Virus record (IMG/VR): IMGVR_UViG_3300009034_001352
Span: 1-64,000 of that record
DNA length: 64,000 nt
From: an uncultured virus (IMG/VR IMGVR_UViG_3300009034_001352)
Lineage: Duplodnaviria > Heunggongvirae > Uroviricota > Caudoviricetes
Strand: one strand, 5' to 3'
Position numbers and translations under genes: made by a program. Below the pieces are notes generated by a model. The model searched no databases and was not told where the DNA came from. It saw only the letters and a program-made list of their open reading frames with translations. Shown here piece by piece: positions 40,476 through 50,809 of the stretch (positions within the stretch are counted from its first letter, which is position 1; each line of letters opens with the position of its first letter).

Positions 40476-41058
40476 AGGAAAATGTTTTAGCAAAATAAAT
40501 CAAGGAAAAAGATTGAAAGGAGATACATATCAAACTCCTTATTTAATGACTCAATCTTTATTTGATAATGAAGTTTTTGATGATAAAACATCTATGCTTG
40601 AACCGGCTTGTGGAGAAAAGGCAATTGTTAAAATAATTAAAAAGAACTATTTTGGTAAATTAAAATATTATGATATTAAAGAAGGAAGGGATTTTTTAGA
40701 AGAGAAAGAAAAATATACTTATATTATAACCAATCCCCCTTTCAATAAAGCTAATCAATTTATTTTAAAAGCAAAAGAGATTACTACAATTAAATTTTGT
40801 TTTTTAATGCCTTTAGGATATTTGCAAGGACAATGGAGATTTGAAAATATTTTTAATGTGATTAGTTTATTTCAGTTAACTAAAATTTATGTTTTTACAA
40901 GAATGCCTATGCTTTCAAATAATATAAGAGAAGATGGAAAATATGAGACTGGGATGCAATCATATGGGTGGTTTATTTGGGAAAGATCGTCTATTGAAAG
41001 AATTAATCATCCGATAATTTATTGGATAGATTCTAAAAATCATATAGTAAGAAAATGA
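40465..41058 (+). CDS. Amino (N6A/N4C) DNA methyltransferase
   Basis: DTYQTP, LEPACG, ITNPPF. Confidence 0.85.
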   Translation: MKNKGKCFSKINQGKRLKGDTYQTPYLMTQSLFDNEVFDDKTSMLEPACGEKAIVKIIKKNYFGKLKYYDIKEGRDFLEEKEKYTYIITNPPFNKANQFILKAKEITTIKFCFLMPLGYLQGQWRFENIFNVISLFQLTKIYVFTRMPMLSNNIREDGKYETGMQSYGWFIWERSSIERINHPIIYWIDSKNHIVRK

Positions 41059-41861
41059 AAGATAAAGAAATAAAAAAATATGATATAGAAAGTATAATAA
41101 TATCTATAGAAGAGAAGAAAATAAAAATGGTGAATAATTGTAATAAAATAATGCAATTACATGAAGAAACAAAAGAAATTATTAATACTATAGATGGATT
41201 TAATCCTATTCAATTTAAATATAATCAATATAAATATGGGGATGATTATAAAAAATATATAAATAGAAAATGTTGGTATTATCTTGTAAATATATTTGAT
41301 TTAAAAAAATATATGTTATGTACTTCATATGATAAATTATTAAAAGATATTGAAGAGAATAATATTCCAGATTTTACAGTTAAAAATGCTTTAGGATGGG
41401 TTCGACAATTGAAAGAATTAATATATGAAAATATTAGAGTGTTAGTTGAAACTGTTTTTGATAAGATAATGAATGATTATTATTTTACTGGAGGGTCTTC
41501 TTATTATAATCAGAAAAAGAAAAAAAGAAATAATTCAGGTATAAATAAATTTTTTATTCTCACAACTTATGATTATGCTTATATTTTTTCTTATAGATCT
41601 GGCGTAACTATAACTGATGATTTAGAGAAATGTTTATATATTTTAGATAATGAAAGAGTGCCTGAAGAGCCTATTAAAGATTATATGAGAAAAAATAAAT
41701 TAAATGAATATGAAAATAAGTATATGAAAATAAAAGTATGTAAAAATGGAAATACCCATTATTGGATTAAAGATGAAAACATATTAAATCTTTTGAATAA
41801 GATTGGTGCAGGAAATAACAATATAATTGGTGAAAAAATAAGAATTAAAATATTAAATTAA
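41055..41861 (+). CDS. DUF4942-like protein
   Basis: IPDFT..N, DDLEK, KVCKNGNTH. Confidence 0.55.
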   Translation: MKDKEIKKYDIESIIISIEEKKIKMVNNCNKIMQLHEETKEIINTIDGFNPIQFKYNQYKYGDDYKKYINRKCWYYLVNIFDLKKYMLCTSYDKLLKDIEENNIPDFTVKNALGWVRQLKELIYENIRVLVETVFDKIMNDYYFTGGSSYYNQKKKKRNNSGINKFFILTTYDYAYIFSYRSGVTITDDLEKCLYILDNERVPEEPIKDYMRKNKLNEYENKYMKIKVCKNGNTHYWIKDENILNLLNKIGAGNNNIIGEKIRIKILN

Positions 41862-41871
41862 GGAGAATAAT

Positions 41872-42978
41872 ATGAAATTTAAATGTGAGAAAATTAAATT
41901 ATTAGAAGCTGTTGAAGTGGCTTCTAATATAGTTATGAAAACAAGTTCTTTATTAATTTTATCTTCTATTTATTTGGAGATAAAAAATAATGAAATAATT
42001 GTTAAATTTACTAATTTAAAAAGTAGTGGAATTATGAATTTTTTAGTAGATGAAGGAACAGATGGAAAAGTTTTAGTAAAAACAGATAAATTATTATCTA
42101 TTTTAAGAAAAATGGATAATGGATATATAGAATGTGGATTAAAGAAAAATTATTTTTATATTAGAAATGAGGAAAATACTGTCAAATTTAAGATGGATAT
42201 ATTTGAAACTGATATAAATAGTTTTCCTTCTTTACCAAAAGTTGAAAAAAAATATAAAATAAATGTAAAACAAAATTATTTTTTAAAAATGATTAATAAT
42301 GTTTTATTTGCGGTTTCTAAAGATGATTCTAATCAAATATTAACAGGTGTTTATTTAGAAAAAACTAAAAGTAAATTGATTATGACTGCTACTAGCGGAA
42401 AAAGATTATCTAATATATTTTTAGATATTGAAAATAAAAAAGAGGAAAAAAATATAATTATTCCTTATGAAATTTTAAATATTATTAAAAATTATTTGAA
42501 GAAAGATGATCTGTCTTTGTTTATTGATGATCGATTTATATATATTGAATTTGATAATTATAAATTTTATTCATCTCTTATTAATGGGGAATATGTTTCA
42601 TATGATAAAATAATTTCTGTAGATTTGGAAAATAAAATAATAATAAATAGAAAGAAATTAAAAAAGGCTATAGATAGGGTTTCTTTGATGATAGATGATA
42701 ATAAAACTTTATATTTGGAATTTGAAAAGAATAAATTAAATATAAAATCTAAAGGATTATTAGGAGAAGGAAATGAAATAATTGATTGTGAATATAATGG
42801 AGAGAAGGGGCAAATAGTTTTTAATTATAATTTTATATATGATCCTATAAGTATTATTGAAGAAGATTTTATTTGTATAAAATTTAATAGTGTTAATGAG
42901 GCAGTAATATTAAAAGGTAATAAAAACAATAATTCTGTACATGTAATAGAGCCAATGATTAAAGATAAAAATGAATAG
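41872..42978 (+). CDS. dnaN: Sliding clamp (DNA polymerase III beta-like)
   Basis: 368 aa; FAVSKDD...LTGV, ATSGKRL, LING.Y..Y. Confidence 0.9.
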   Translation: MKFKCEKIKLLEAVEVASNIVMKTSSLLILSSIYLEIKNNEIIVKFTNLKSSGIMNFLVDEGTDGKVLVKTDKLLSILRKMDNGYIECGLKKNYFYIRNEENTVKFKMDIFETDINSFPSLPKVEKKYKINVKQNYFLKMINNVLFAVSKDDSNQILTGVYLEKTKSKLIMTATSGKRLSNIFLDIENKKEEKNIIIPYEILNIIKNYLKKDDLSLFIDDRFIYIEFDNYKFYSSLINGEYVSYDKIISVDLENKIIINRKKLKKAIDRVSLMIDDNKTLYLEFEKNKLNIKSKGLLGEGNEIIDCEYNGEKGQIVFNYNFIYDPISIIEEDFICIKFNSVNEAVILKGNKNNNSVHVIEPMIKDKNE

Positions 42979-43097
42979 TTACAATAGATTTTTAGAAAAT
43001 AAAAAGCAATTGGATAAAAATTATTATAAACAAGCCATCAAAAATCTTTTATTTGTAAATAATAAAAGAGATGAAAATACTTTATTTGAAATGTAAT

Positions 43098-45674
43098 ATG
43101 AAACAAGGATTTTTTAAAGGATTTGAATTATCAGAAAAAGAGATTAAACAGAAAAATAAAAAACAAAAAAAATATACTTGTGAAGATTGTGGATTATATA
43201 AAAATTGTCTTTCTCCAAAAATGAAATCTACTGGAAAAGGAAAAAAGAAAATACTTATTGTGGCAGAAGCTAACGGAAAAAAAGAAGATGAAAAAAATAT
43301 CCAATTGATAGGAAAATCAGGCCAATTATTAAGAGATTATTTAGAAGATGTAAATCTAGATTTAGATGAGGATTTTTGGAAAACAAATGCAATTTGTTGT
43401 CATCCTGAAAACAATAGAACTCCAAATAATAAAGAAATAAAATGTTGTAGAAAAAATCTTTTTGAAACTATAGAAAAATATAAACCAAAAGTAATTATTC
43501 CTATGGGAAAGATAGCTTTGGAAAGTTTGTTAGGTGAAAGAATTTCTGGTAGAATTAAAAATGTTAATTATTCGGATTGGGTTGGTGAGATTATACCAGA
43601 TCAAGAGTTAAAAGTTTGGATTTGTCCTGTTTATCATCCTTCTTACATTTTAAGAAATGAATGGGATATTGTTTTAAAAAAAATATGGAAAAAATCTATT
43701 GATAAAGCAATACAAATAGTTGAAAAACCATTTTATATTCATAATTATGAAAAAGATGTAATTACATATAAAGATAAAAAAGATGCCATTGAATGTATGA
43801 GAAATATTAAAGCAAATGGAAATATAGTAGTTTTTGATTATGAAACTACTGGATTAAAACCTCATAGAGAGGGACATAAAATTATTTGTTGTTCTATTTC
43901 TGATGGAATATTAAGTTTTGCTTTTCCATTTTTTGAAAATAAAGATTTTAAAAAAGAATGGAGAAAATTAATTGGATCAAAAAAAACTTTTTGTATAGCT
44001 CATAATGCAAGATTTGAAGGATTATGGACTAAAAAGATTTTAGGATTTTCAGTTAAAAATTGGTATTGGGATACTATGATAGCTCAATCTATTATAGATA
44101 ATAGAAAAACAACAAAATTGAAATTCTGGACATATGTAAAATTTGGAGTATTAGGTTATGATAATGAAATTGATAAATATATTAGAGGAAAGAAAAAAGG
44201 AGAAGATATAAAATCAGCTAATGCTTTTAATTTAATTGAGAATGTTCCTATTAAGGAATTATTAAAATACAATGCTTTGGATTCTTTATTTACTTATAAA
44301 TTATATGAAAATCAATTATATAAAATTAAAGGAATATTAAAAGATGGATTTAATTTATTTATGAAAGGATTTCAATCTTTATTACAAGCACAATTAAATG
44401 GAGTTAGAATTAATTTAGATTTAATGAAAAAACAGAAAGTTAAATTAAAGACTAAATTAGAAATTATAAAGAAAAAAATAATGGATAGTGAAGAATTAAA
44501 AAAATGGGATAGAGAGAAAGAATTTGAGTTTACAAGTCCGAAACAATTATCTTATTTGTTATATGATTGTCTTGAATTAGATGTTATGAAAAAAACAATT
44601 AAAGGAAATTCATCTGTTGATCAGGAGGTTCTTGAAAAAATTGATTTACCAATTGTTAAAAATATATTGAGATATAGAAAATGGGAAAAAATATCAAGCA
44701 CTTATTTTGCTCAATATGAAAGAGAGCAAGTTAATGATTTTTTACATCCATTTTTTAATTTGGGGACGAGTGGAAAAGGTAGGGGAGTAAAAACTTATAG
44801 ATCCTCTTGTAATTCACCTAACTTACAGAATGTTTTTAAAAGAAATAAAAGAGCGAAAAAAATGATTCGCGGTCTTATTATTCCAAGAGAAGGAAATAAG
44901 TTGATTGAATATGATTTTAAAGGCATGGAAGTTTCCACAGCTGCATGCTATAACAAAGATCCAAATCTAATAAAATATCTTAAAGATGATTCTACGGATA
45001 TGCATAGAGATTGTGCAGCAGAATTATTTATGTGTTCTAAAGAAAAAGTTAATAGTTATGAAAGATATACAGCAAAAAATAAATTTGTATTTCCGGAGTT
45101 TTATGGTAGTTATTATGAGGATGTGACTCCTAATTTATGGGAGAATATTGAGAAAGATACTAAAGATAGATTAAAAAAAAATGGAATTAAAAATTATGAT
45201 CAATTTGAAGATCATGTTATGGAAGTTGAGAGAATATTTTGGGAAGATAAATTTCCTGTATATGCTGAATGGAAAAAGAAAACTATAAAAGAATATGAAA
45301 AAAAAGAATATGTGGAATTATTTACAGGTTTTCGATGTAAAGGGCCTATGAAAAGAAATGAAATTATAAATTATAGAATTCAGGGATCTGCTTTTCATAT
45401 CCTTTTATGGACATTTAATCAAGTAATGAAAGAAAGTAGAAAATTTAATAAAAGTTTTTTGATTGGACAAATACACGATTCCATGTTAGCTGATATTTAT
45501 CCAGATGATGAAGAAGAGTTTGATTATTTAGTTTGGTATTATGGAACACAAAAAATACCAGAATGTTGGGATTGGATTATTGTTCCATTAAAAATAGAAA
45601 AAGAAAGATCAGCTATAAATGGAAATTGGGCTGAAATGGAAGATCAAGGATATTTAAAAGGAGAAAAAGAATGA
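43098..45674 (+). CDS. polA: Family A DNA polymerase with N-terminal family-4 UDG-like domain and 3'-5' exonuclease
   Basis: C..C.L, AEA.G..ED, NAICC.P..NR.P, YHPSY; DYETTG, HNARFE; PNLQN, YDFKGMEV, K.KFVFPEFYG, QIHDS. Confidence 0.92.
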   Translation: MKQGFFKGFELSEKEIKQKNKKQKKYTCEDCGLYKNCLSPKMKSTGKGKKKILIVAEANGKKEDEKNIQLIGKSGQLLRDYLEDVNLDLDEDFWKTNAICCHPENNRTPNNKEIKCCRKNLFETIEKYKPKVIIPMGKIALESLLGERISGRIKNVNYSDWVGEIIPDQELKVWICPVYHPSYILRNEWDIVLKKIWKKSIDKAIQIVEKPFYIHNYEKDVITYKDKKDAIECMRNIKANGNIVVFDYETTGLKPHREGHKIICCSISDGILSFAFPFFENKDFKKEWRKLIGSKKTFCIAHNARFEGLWTKKILGFSVKNWYWDTMIAQSIIDNRKTTKLKFWTYVKFGVLGYDNEIDKYIRGKKKGEDIKSANAFNLIENVPIKELLKYNALDSLFTYKLYENQLYKIKGILKDGFNLFMKGFQSLLQAQLNGVRINLDLMKKQKVKLKTKLEIIKKKIMDSEELKKWDREKEFEFTSPKQLSYLLYDCLELDVMKKTIKGNSSVDQEVLEKIDLPIVKNILRYRKWEKISSTYFAQYEREQVNDFLHPFFNLGTSGKGRGVKTYRSSCNSPNLQNVFKRNKRAKKMIRGLIIPREGNKLIEYDFKGMEVSTAACYNKDPNLIKYLKDDSTDMHRDCAAELFMCSKEKVNSYERYTAKNKFVFPEFYGSYYEDVTPNLWENIEKDTKDRLKKNGIKNYDQFEDHVMEVERIFWEDKFPVYAEWKKKTIKEYEKKEYVELFTGFRCKGPMKRNEIINYRIQGSAFHILLWTFNQVMKESRKFNKSFLIGQIHDSMLADIYPDDEEEFDYLVWYYGTQKIPECWDWIIVPLKIEKERSAINGNWAEMEDQGYLKGEKE

Positions 45675-46411
45675 AAGCAAGTAAATTGTATATTAATGAT
45701 TTTGGTAAAGAAAAGTGCGTATTCTGTAATTCTGATTGTTCTAAAAAGATTTTGGTTTCTTCTTTTATTAAAAAAACATTTACTAATTATGATTTATTAC
45801 AAAATCCAGATGGGTTATATATGTGTAAAGGATGTTATTTTAGTATGACAGATAAAAGTATAGAGGAATTGATAATGCCTGATGGAGAAATTAAAACTAA
45901 TCAATCAGCTCGTACCTATTCTTGGGTTCTTACTAAGAAGAAAAAAAGAGCTTTTTCAAAAAGACATATTAAAGAGATAAAAGAAATAGTTTTAAATCCT
46001 CCTAAACCTCCTTTTGCTATTGTTATTTCTGATAAAGGAAAAAAACATTTAATATTCAGGTCATTAGTATCTTATTCAAGAGATGATTATGTATTACAAT
46101 TTGAAGAAGAATCAGTATTTGTTAATGTAAAAAAATTAAAAGATAGAATAGAATTATGTGAGAGAATAATAGCTTTTTGTGGAAAAATTAACATTTTGAA
46201 ATATTCAAAATTCAAAATTTCTAAACATAGTTTACCAAATGTTTCGGAATCTTTATTAAATCAATTTTTTTCTATTAAAGAAGAAAAGCTAATGGAGTTA
46301 GCTATATTTTTATCAAAAAATAAAAAGGAGTGTTATAATGAGTATTATTTTATTGAAAAGTCAAAAAGAATTCAGACAGAAAATAGCGGGTTTATTTTGT
46401 TTGATGAATGA
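45671..46411 (+). CDS. csf1: Type IV CRISPR-associated Csf1 (Cas8-like)
   Basis: CVFC...FTNYDLL...CKGC Zn motif; LNPPKPPF; KKHL. Confidence 0.75.
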   Translation: MKASKLYINDFGKEKCVFCNSDCSKKILVSSFIKKTFTNYDLLQNPDGLYMCKGCYFSMTDKSIEELIMPDGEIKTNQSARTYSWVLTKKKKRAFSKRHIKEIKEIVLNPPKPPFAIVISDKGKKHLIFRSLVSYSRDDYVLQFEEESVFVNVKKLKDRIELCERIIAFCGKINILKYSKFKISKHSLPNVSESLLNQFFSIKEEKLMELAIFLSKNKKECYNEYYFIEKSKRIQTENSGFILFDE

Positions 46412-46793
46412 AGAAAATGAAGAAGTAGAGGAAAAAATTAAAAATGAATGTATTAAATTTATTTCATTATTACCTGTTTTTTTCTCCGATTCCTTAGATA
46501 GGAAAACATTATGGGATCGTATATCCCATGGAATTTATTCTGCTTCCACAAAGTGTGATAATGATTTTGAATCTTTTCTTAATTTTGTATTAGAGTATAT
46601 TAAAGCAGAAGGAAATAAAGTCGCTAGTAATTCTGAATTTAGTTCTTTTTTATCTTTTGTAATTGAAAAATCAGATGGGTGGAAAATAAAATTTATTACT
46701 TTATGTCAAAATAAATATTATATTTTAGTTGCATATGCTAGACAAAAATGGGAGGAGAGAAAAAAAGAAAAAAAGAAAGGAGAATTAAAATGA
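46338..46793 (+). CDS. cas11: Type IV-B small subunit (Cas11-like)
   Basis: Small helical protein between csf1 and csf2. Confidence 0.6.
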   Translation: MSIILLKSQKEFRQKIAGLFCLMNEENEEVEEKIKNECIKFISLLPVFFSDSLDRKTLWDRISHGIYSASTKCDNDFESFLNFVLEYIKAEGNKVASNSEFSSFLSFVIEKSDGWKIKFITLCQNKYYILVAYARQKWEERKKEKKKGELK

Positions 46794-47719
46794 TAAAAAC
46801 ATATAAAATATACTGTTTAATGGAATTGTTAAGTCCTCTTACTCATATGATGGAAACATCAGGTAATGAGTCTTTAATTAATAGAGAACCTATTTTTTAT
46901 GATAAAAGAATTATTCATATCCCTGTTATATCTGGTAATAGTATTAGGCACAGAATTTTAAGACATCCCGGATCTTTATATTTAATTGAACAGATGGAAA
47001 TAGAAGGAAAAATGGGATTTGATCAATTGAATTTTATGATGTATGGTGGAACTCTTTGTGAAACGAAAACAACTACTAATTTGAAGAAAATTGCACTTAT
47101 GGAAGAGTTGTTTCCATTATATAGATTATTAGGAGGTTGTCTTAAAAATCAGATAATTTCTGGTAGTTTAGATGTATGGAGAGGTTTACTTATATGTGAA
47201 GAAAATAGGGAAACAATTAATAAGTATTTACCGGAAGAATATTATATTAATAAAAAATTATTTCCTGCTGATATGTTTGTTGGTAAATATCAATATACTC
47301 GTGGTGATATGAAAAATATAAAAAGTGTTGGTAAATTGATTAAAAATTTTAATGTAATAGAAAATAGAGAAAAATCTAATCTTATGATATATAATGGACA
47401 ACAAGTTAATCGTAATAGTTTCTTTTTTCATGGTTTTGCTACAAAATATGTATCTGAAATTGAAATAGGATGTATTTTTCATTGTTTACAATTATGGTCT
47501 GAAAATTACAGTACATTGGGGGGTATGATTGCTAAAGGACATGGAAAAGTAAATTTATCCTGTTTTTTAGAAAATAAGGAAATTGATATATCTAATTGTG
47601 TTCAAATGTATATTGATCATGTTCAAAAATATAAAAATGAAATGATAAATTGGTTGGATGAAATATTTCCAAAAAAAGAAAATAAAAATAATATGACAGG
47701 AAGTTTATTTAGTGAGTGA
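46790..47719 (+). CDS. csf2: Type IV Cas7-like backbone Csf2
   Basis: LLSPLTH, PVISGNSIRH, FP...LLGG, G-loop LGGMIAKGHG. Confidence 0.85.
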   Translation: MIKTYKIYCLMELLSPLTHMMETSGNESLINREPIFYDKRIIHIPVISGNSIRHRILRHPGSLYLIEQMEIEGKMGFDQLNFMMYGGTLCETKTTTNLKKIALMEELFPLYRLLGGCLKNQIISGSLDVWRGLLICEENRETINKYLPEEYYINKKLFPADMFVGKYQYTRGDMKNIKSVGKLIKNFNVIENREKSNLMIYNGQQVNRNSFFFHGFATKYVSEIEIGCIFHCLQLWSENYSTLGGMIAKGHGKVNLSCFLENKEIDISNCVQMYIDHVQKYKNEMINWLDEIFPKKENKNNMTGSLFSE

Positions 47720-48389
47720 TAATTTTAAAGTAATATGTGAATTATGTTCTCCTTTATGTGAGGATGCTCCTCAATTAGATGCTTTACTTTGCAATGAACT
47801 TATATTTAAACAAAGATTATGTATATTTGGTAAGAAATTGAGTAGAGGAGATCCAATAAGTGAATTCAAAGAACCTAGAATACCATTGCGAAGTATTAGA
47901 TATAATAATATGCCCATTTATTTTTCATCAAATCCTATTTATATATGTAATTATGAATTTAGGGAAGATTTTTGTTATCATTTTGAATCAGAATTATTTT
48001 TTTTATTATTAAATATGGAAAGAAAATCTATTTCAGCAACATCTGGAATATATAAAGATAGACGTATTCCAATTAGATTAAAGTTAGTAAAAAAGATTGT
48101 ATGGTTTTGTTGTGGAACAAAAAATAGTGTATTAGAAATATTACAAAATATATCATCAATAGGGACAAAGCGAAAACAGGGATTTGGAATTGTGTTAAAA
48201 TGGGAAGTGGAAGATGTAGAAAAGGATTATTCTTTTTTTATTAAAAAAGATAATAAACGGATATTGATGAGAAATATGCCAAAAGATTTAATTGAAGACG
48301 ATGTTATAGGTTATACAATTAAATATGGAGCGGTATCTCCTCCTTATTGGCATCCAGGACGTTTTATGAATATAGCTTTTCCATTATAA
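47712..48389 (+). CDS. csf3: Type IV Cas5-like Csf3
   Basis: L.SPL...LDALL, WFCCG, IGTKRKQGFG, PPYW. Confidence 0.8.
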   Translation: MSDNFKVICELCSPLCEDAPQLDALLCNELIFKQRLCIFGKKLSRGDPISEFKEPRIPLRSIRYNNMPIYFSSNPIYICNYEFREDFCYHFESELFFLLLNMERKSISATSGIYKDRRIPIRLKLVKKIVWFCCGTKNSVLEILQNISSIGTKRKQGFGIVLKWEVEDVEKDYSFFIKKDNKRILMRNMPKDLIEDDVIGYTIKYGAVSPPYWHPGRFMNIAFPL

Positions 48390-48391
48390 TT

Positions 48392-48769
48392 ATGTTGATT
48401 TATTTATATCGAGTAAATAGAGGATTGAACAGATGCATACGTACTGCCTATAGTTTTGGATTTGAAAATATTTTTTTAGTTGATTGTGGTAAATATGATA
48501 ATAGATTATTTTCTGCAAAAAGAATAAGAATTAATCGTACTTTAAATTTTTCATTTGGAAAAGGTTTATTATTAGAGAAAAATAAAGGTAAGGAAATTAG
48601 ATCAGTTAATCTAAAAGAATATGATTTTATTATATTAGGAGGAGAATCAATAATTCTTACAAAAAAAATATATGATGGTAATTTTTGTTATATACAAACA
48701 AAAAATGATTTTTGTTTGACATCTCCTGTAGCTTTATCTATTTTTTGTTGGGAATATCAAAAATGTTAA
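48392..48769 (+). CDS. Minimal SPOUT/SpoU-like methyltransferase
   Basis: NRCIRTAYSFG, ILGGE, CLTSPVALSIFCWE resemble SPOUT motifs 1-3. Confidence 0.55.
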   Translation: MLIYLYRVNRGLNRCIRTAYSFGFENIFLVDCGKYDNRLFSAKRIRINRTLNFSFGKGLLLEKNKGKEIRSVNLKEYDFIILGGESIILTKKIYDGNFCYIQTKNDFCLTSPVALSIFCWEYQKC

Positions 48770-49488
48770 TAGAATGTGATAGACATACAGAAAAAGATTT
48801 GAAATTATATGATGAATTAAATGGAATGGATTTATGTAATTTTAATTTAAGAAAGATAGATAAAAAAGAAAAAAAAGCTATTGATACAATTAAAAATTTT
48901 GTTGTTAGAAATAAATATTATTGTGCTGTATCTTGGGGAAAAGATAGTGTTGTAGTTATTAATTTATGTTTAAAATTATGTTTAAATATTCCGATTGTGT
49001 GGATTAAAGTACATCCTATTTATAATCCTTATTGTGAAAAAGTACGGGATATTTTTTTAAAAAAATACCCAGAAATTAATTATCATGAATATTATATTAA
49101 TTGTAAAGTTGATGACAATGGAATAATACATGCTAAAGGAACTTTAGAAAAGGGATTTGAATACGCTGTTCGGGATTTTGGTGAAAATTATATTACAGGG
49201 ATTAGATCTGAAGAATCTGCTATTAGAACATTAAGAAGTAAAATGTACGGTGTGATGTCTAAAAAAACATGTGCCCCAATAAATTATTGGAAATATGAAG
49301 ACGTATTTGCTTATCTTGCTTATTATGATTTACCAATTCATCCAAATTATGCCATGTTAGGGGGAGGTAGATATAAAAGAAAATATTTACGAGTGGCTTC
49401 ATTAGGAGGAAAAAGAGGAAGGGAAAGAGGTCGTTATGCATGGGAACAAGAATATTATTCGGATTATATAAGAAAATTTGAAAAATAA
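48763..49488 (+). CDS. cysH: CysH/PAPS-reductase-like PP-loop protein
   Basis: SWGKDS PP-loop, GIRSEES..R, PINYW..EDV..Y, LPIHPNY. Confidence 0.88.
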   Translation: MLIECDRHTEKDLKLYDELNGMDLCNFNLRKIDKKEKKAIDTIKNFVVRNKYYCAVSWGKDSVVVINLCLKLCLNIPIVWIKVHPIYNPYCEKVRDIFLKKYPEINYHEYYINCKVDDNGIIHAKGTLEKGFEYAVRDFGENYITGIRSEESAIRTLRSKMYGVMSKKTCAPINYWKYEDVFAYLAYYDLPIHPNYAMLGGGRYKRKYLRVASLGGKRGRERGRYAWEQEYYSDYIRKFEK

Positions 49489-49501
49489 TAGGAGAAGTAG
49501 A

Positions 49502-50419
49502 ATGAATTTATATTTGAAACATCGCCCTAAATCATTTCAAGAAATGATAGGAAATAAAGAAATTATTGAGAGTTTAGAAAAAATGATTAATAAGAAAGAC
49601 AAACCGCATAGTTATCTTTTTACTGGCCCAAGTGGATGTGGAAAGACCACAGCTGCAAGAATTTGTTCTGATTTAATAGGAGCTAAAGATTTATCTGTTA
49701 TGGAAATAAATTCTTCTAATAATCGAGGGATAGATACAGCAAGAAATATTATAGAACAAATGAGAATGAATCCTATTGATGGGAATATTTGGTCTTTTAT
49801 TATGGATGAAGTTCATCTTATGACAACAGTTGCTCAAAATGCTATGTTGAAACCATTAGAAGATTATTCTGATATTGCTTATTTCTTTTTATGTACTACA
49901 GATCCACAGAAATTAATAAAACCACTAAAAAATAGATGCACTGAATTTAATTTTTCTTCTTTATCCTATAAATATATTTGTAAATTATTAAGAATAATGA
50001 ATAGAAAAGAAAAGATAGAAATAGATAAAGAAATTATTGAAGAGATAGCAGAATATTCGGGAGGAAGTCCAAGAAGGGCTTTAGTATTATTTGAAAAAAT
50101 AATAGGAATGGAAAAAAAGAAAGCAATTAAATTAATTTCTCAAGGAATAGATGAAAATGAAAGTCAAGTGATAGATTTATGTAGAGCCTTATTAAAAGAT
50201 AGTTGGGGGGATATTTCAGATATATTAAAAAATATGGAGATAACTGATCCTGAAAAAATAAGAAGAGTTGTTTTAGGGTATATGAATTCAGTGCTTTTAA
50301 ATGGATTGAATTATAAAGCTGGATTAGCTTTGGAATATTTTTCGGAACCGTTTTATAATTCTGGAATGCCTGGAATTACTTTGGCATGTTATCAAGTTAT
50401 ATCTTCAGGAGGAGAATAA
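49502..50419 (+). CDS. dnaX: Clamp loader AAA+ subunit (DnaX gamma/tau-like)
   Basis: LYLKHRP, GPSGCGKTT, DEVH, NAMLKPLE, NRC. Confidence 0.9.
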   Translation: MNLYLKHRPKSFQEMIGNKEIIESLEKMINKKDKPHSYLFTGPSGCGKTTAARICSDLIGAKDLSVMEINSSNNRGIDTARNIIEQMRMNPIDGNIWSFIMDEVHLMTTVAQNAMLKPLEDYSDIAYFFLCTTDPQKLIKPLKNRCTEFNFSSLSYKYICKLLRIMNRKEKIEIDKEIIEEIAEYSGGSPRRALVLFEKIIGMEKKKAIKLISQGIDENESQVIDLCRALLKDSWGDISDILKNMEITDPEKIRRVVLGYMNSVLLNGLNYKAGLALEYFSEPFYNSGMPGITLACYQVISSGGE

Positions 50420-50762
50420 TGAAAAAAGGTTTTCTTTTGATAATTATTTTTATTTTTTTAATTTTAAATATAATAGTTACTATTTTAGATAGACAAATAT
50501 ATAGAGGTATAATGGATTTTATATTATTAAATATTTCATTTACTTGTTTATTACGTATTGAAAGAAAGGAGAAATAATATGTGTAATGATTGCGAATGGC
50601 TTGATTATATTGATTTGGCAGATGATATGTTACTTGATGAAGAATATGATTTTGCTTCTGATACGATTGAAGGAATAAAAGATTGGATTAAGGAAAATGA
50701 ACATGTTACAGACAATCAAAAAAATGCTCTACAAAATATTTATAAAAGTGCAGAATAATTAT

Positions 50763-50802
50763 AAATTTTGGGTTTAAATTATTATAATATAAGTATAGGA
50801 GA
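50763..50802 (+). promoter_or_regulatory. Conserved promoter/leader element, copy 2
   Basis: aaattttgggtttaaattattataatataagtataggaga. Confidence 0.7.
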
Positions 50803-50809
50803 AAATAAA

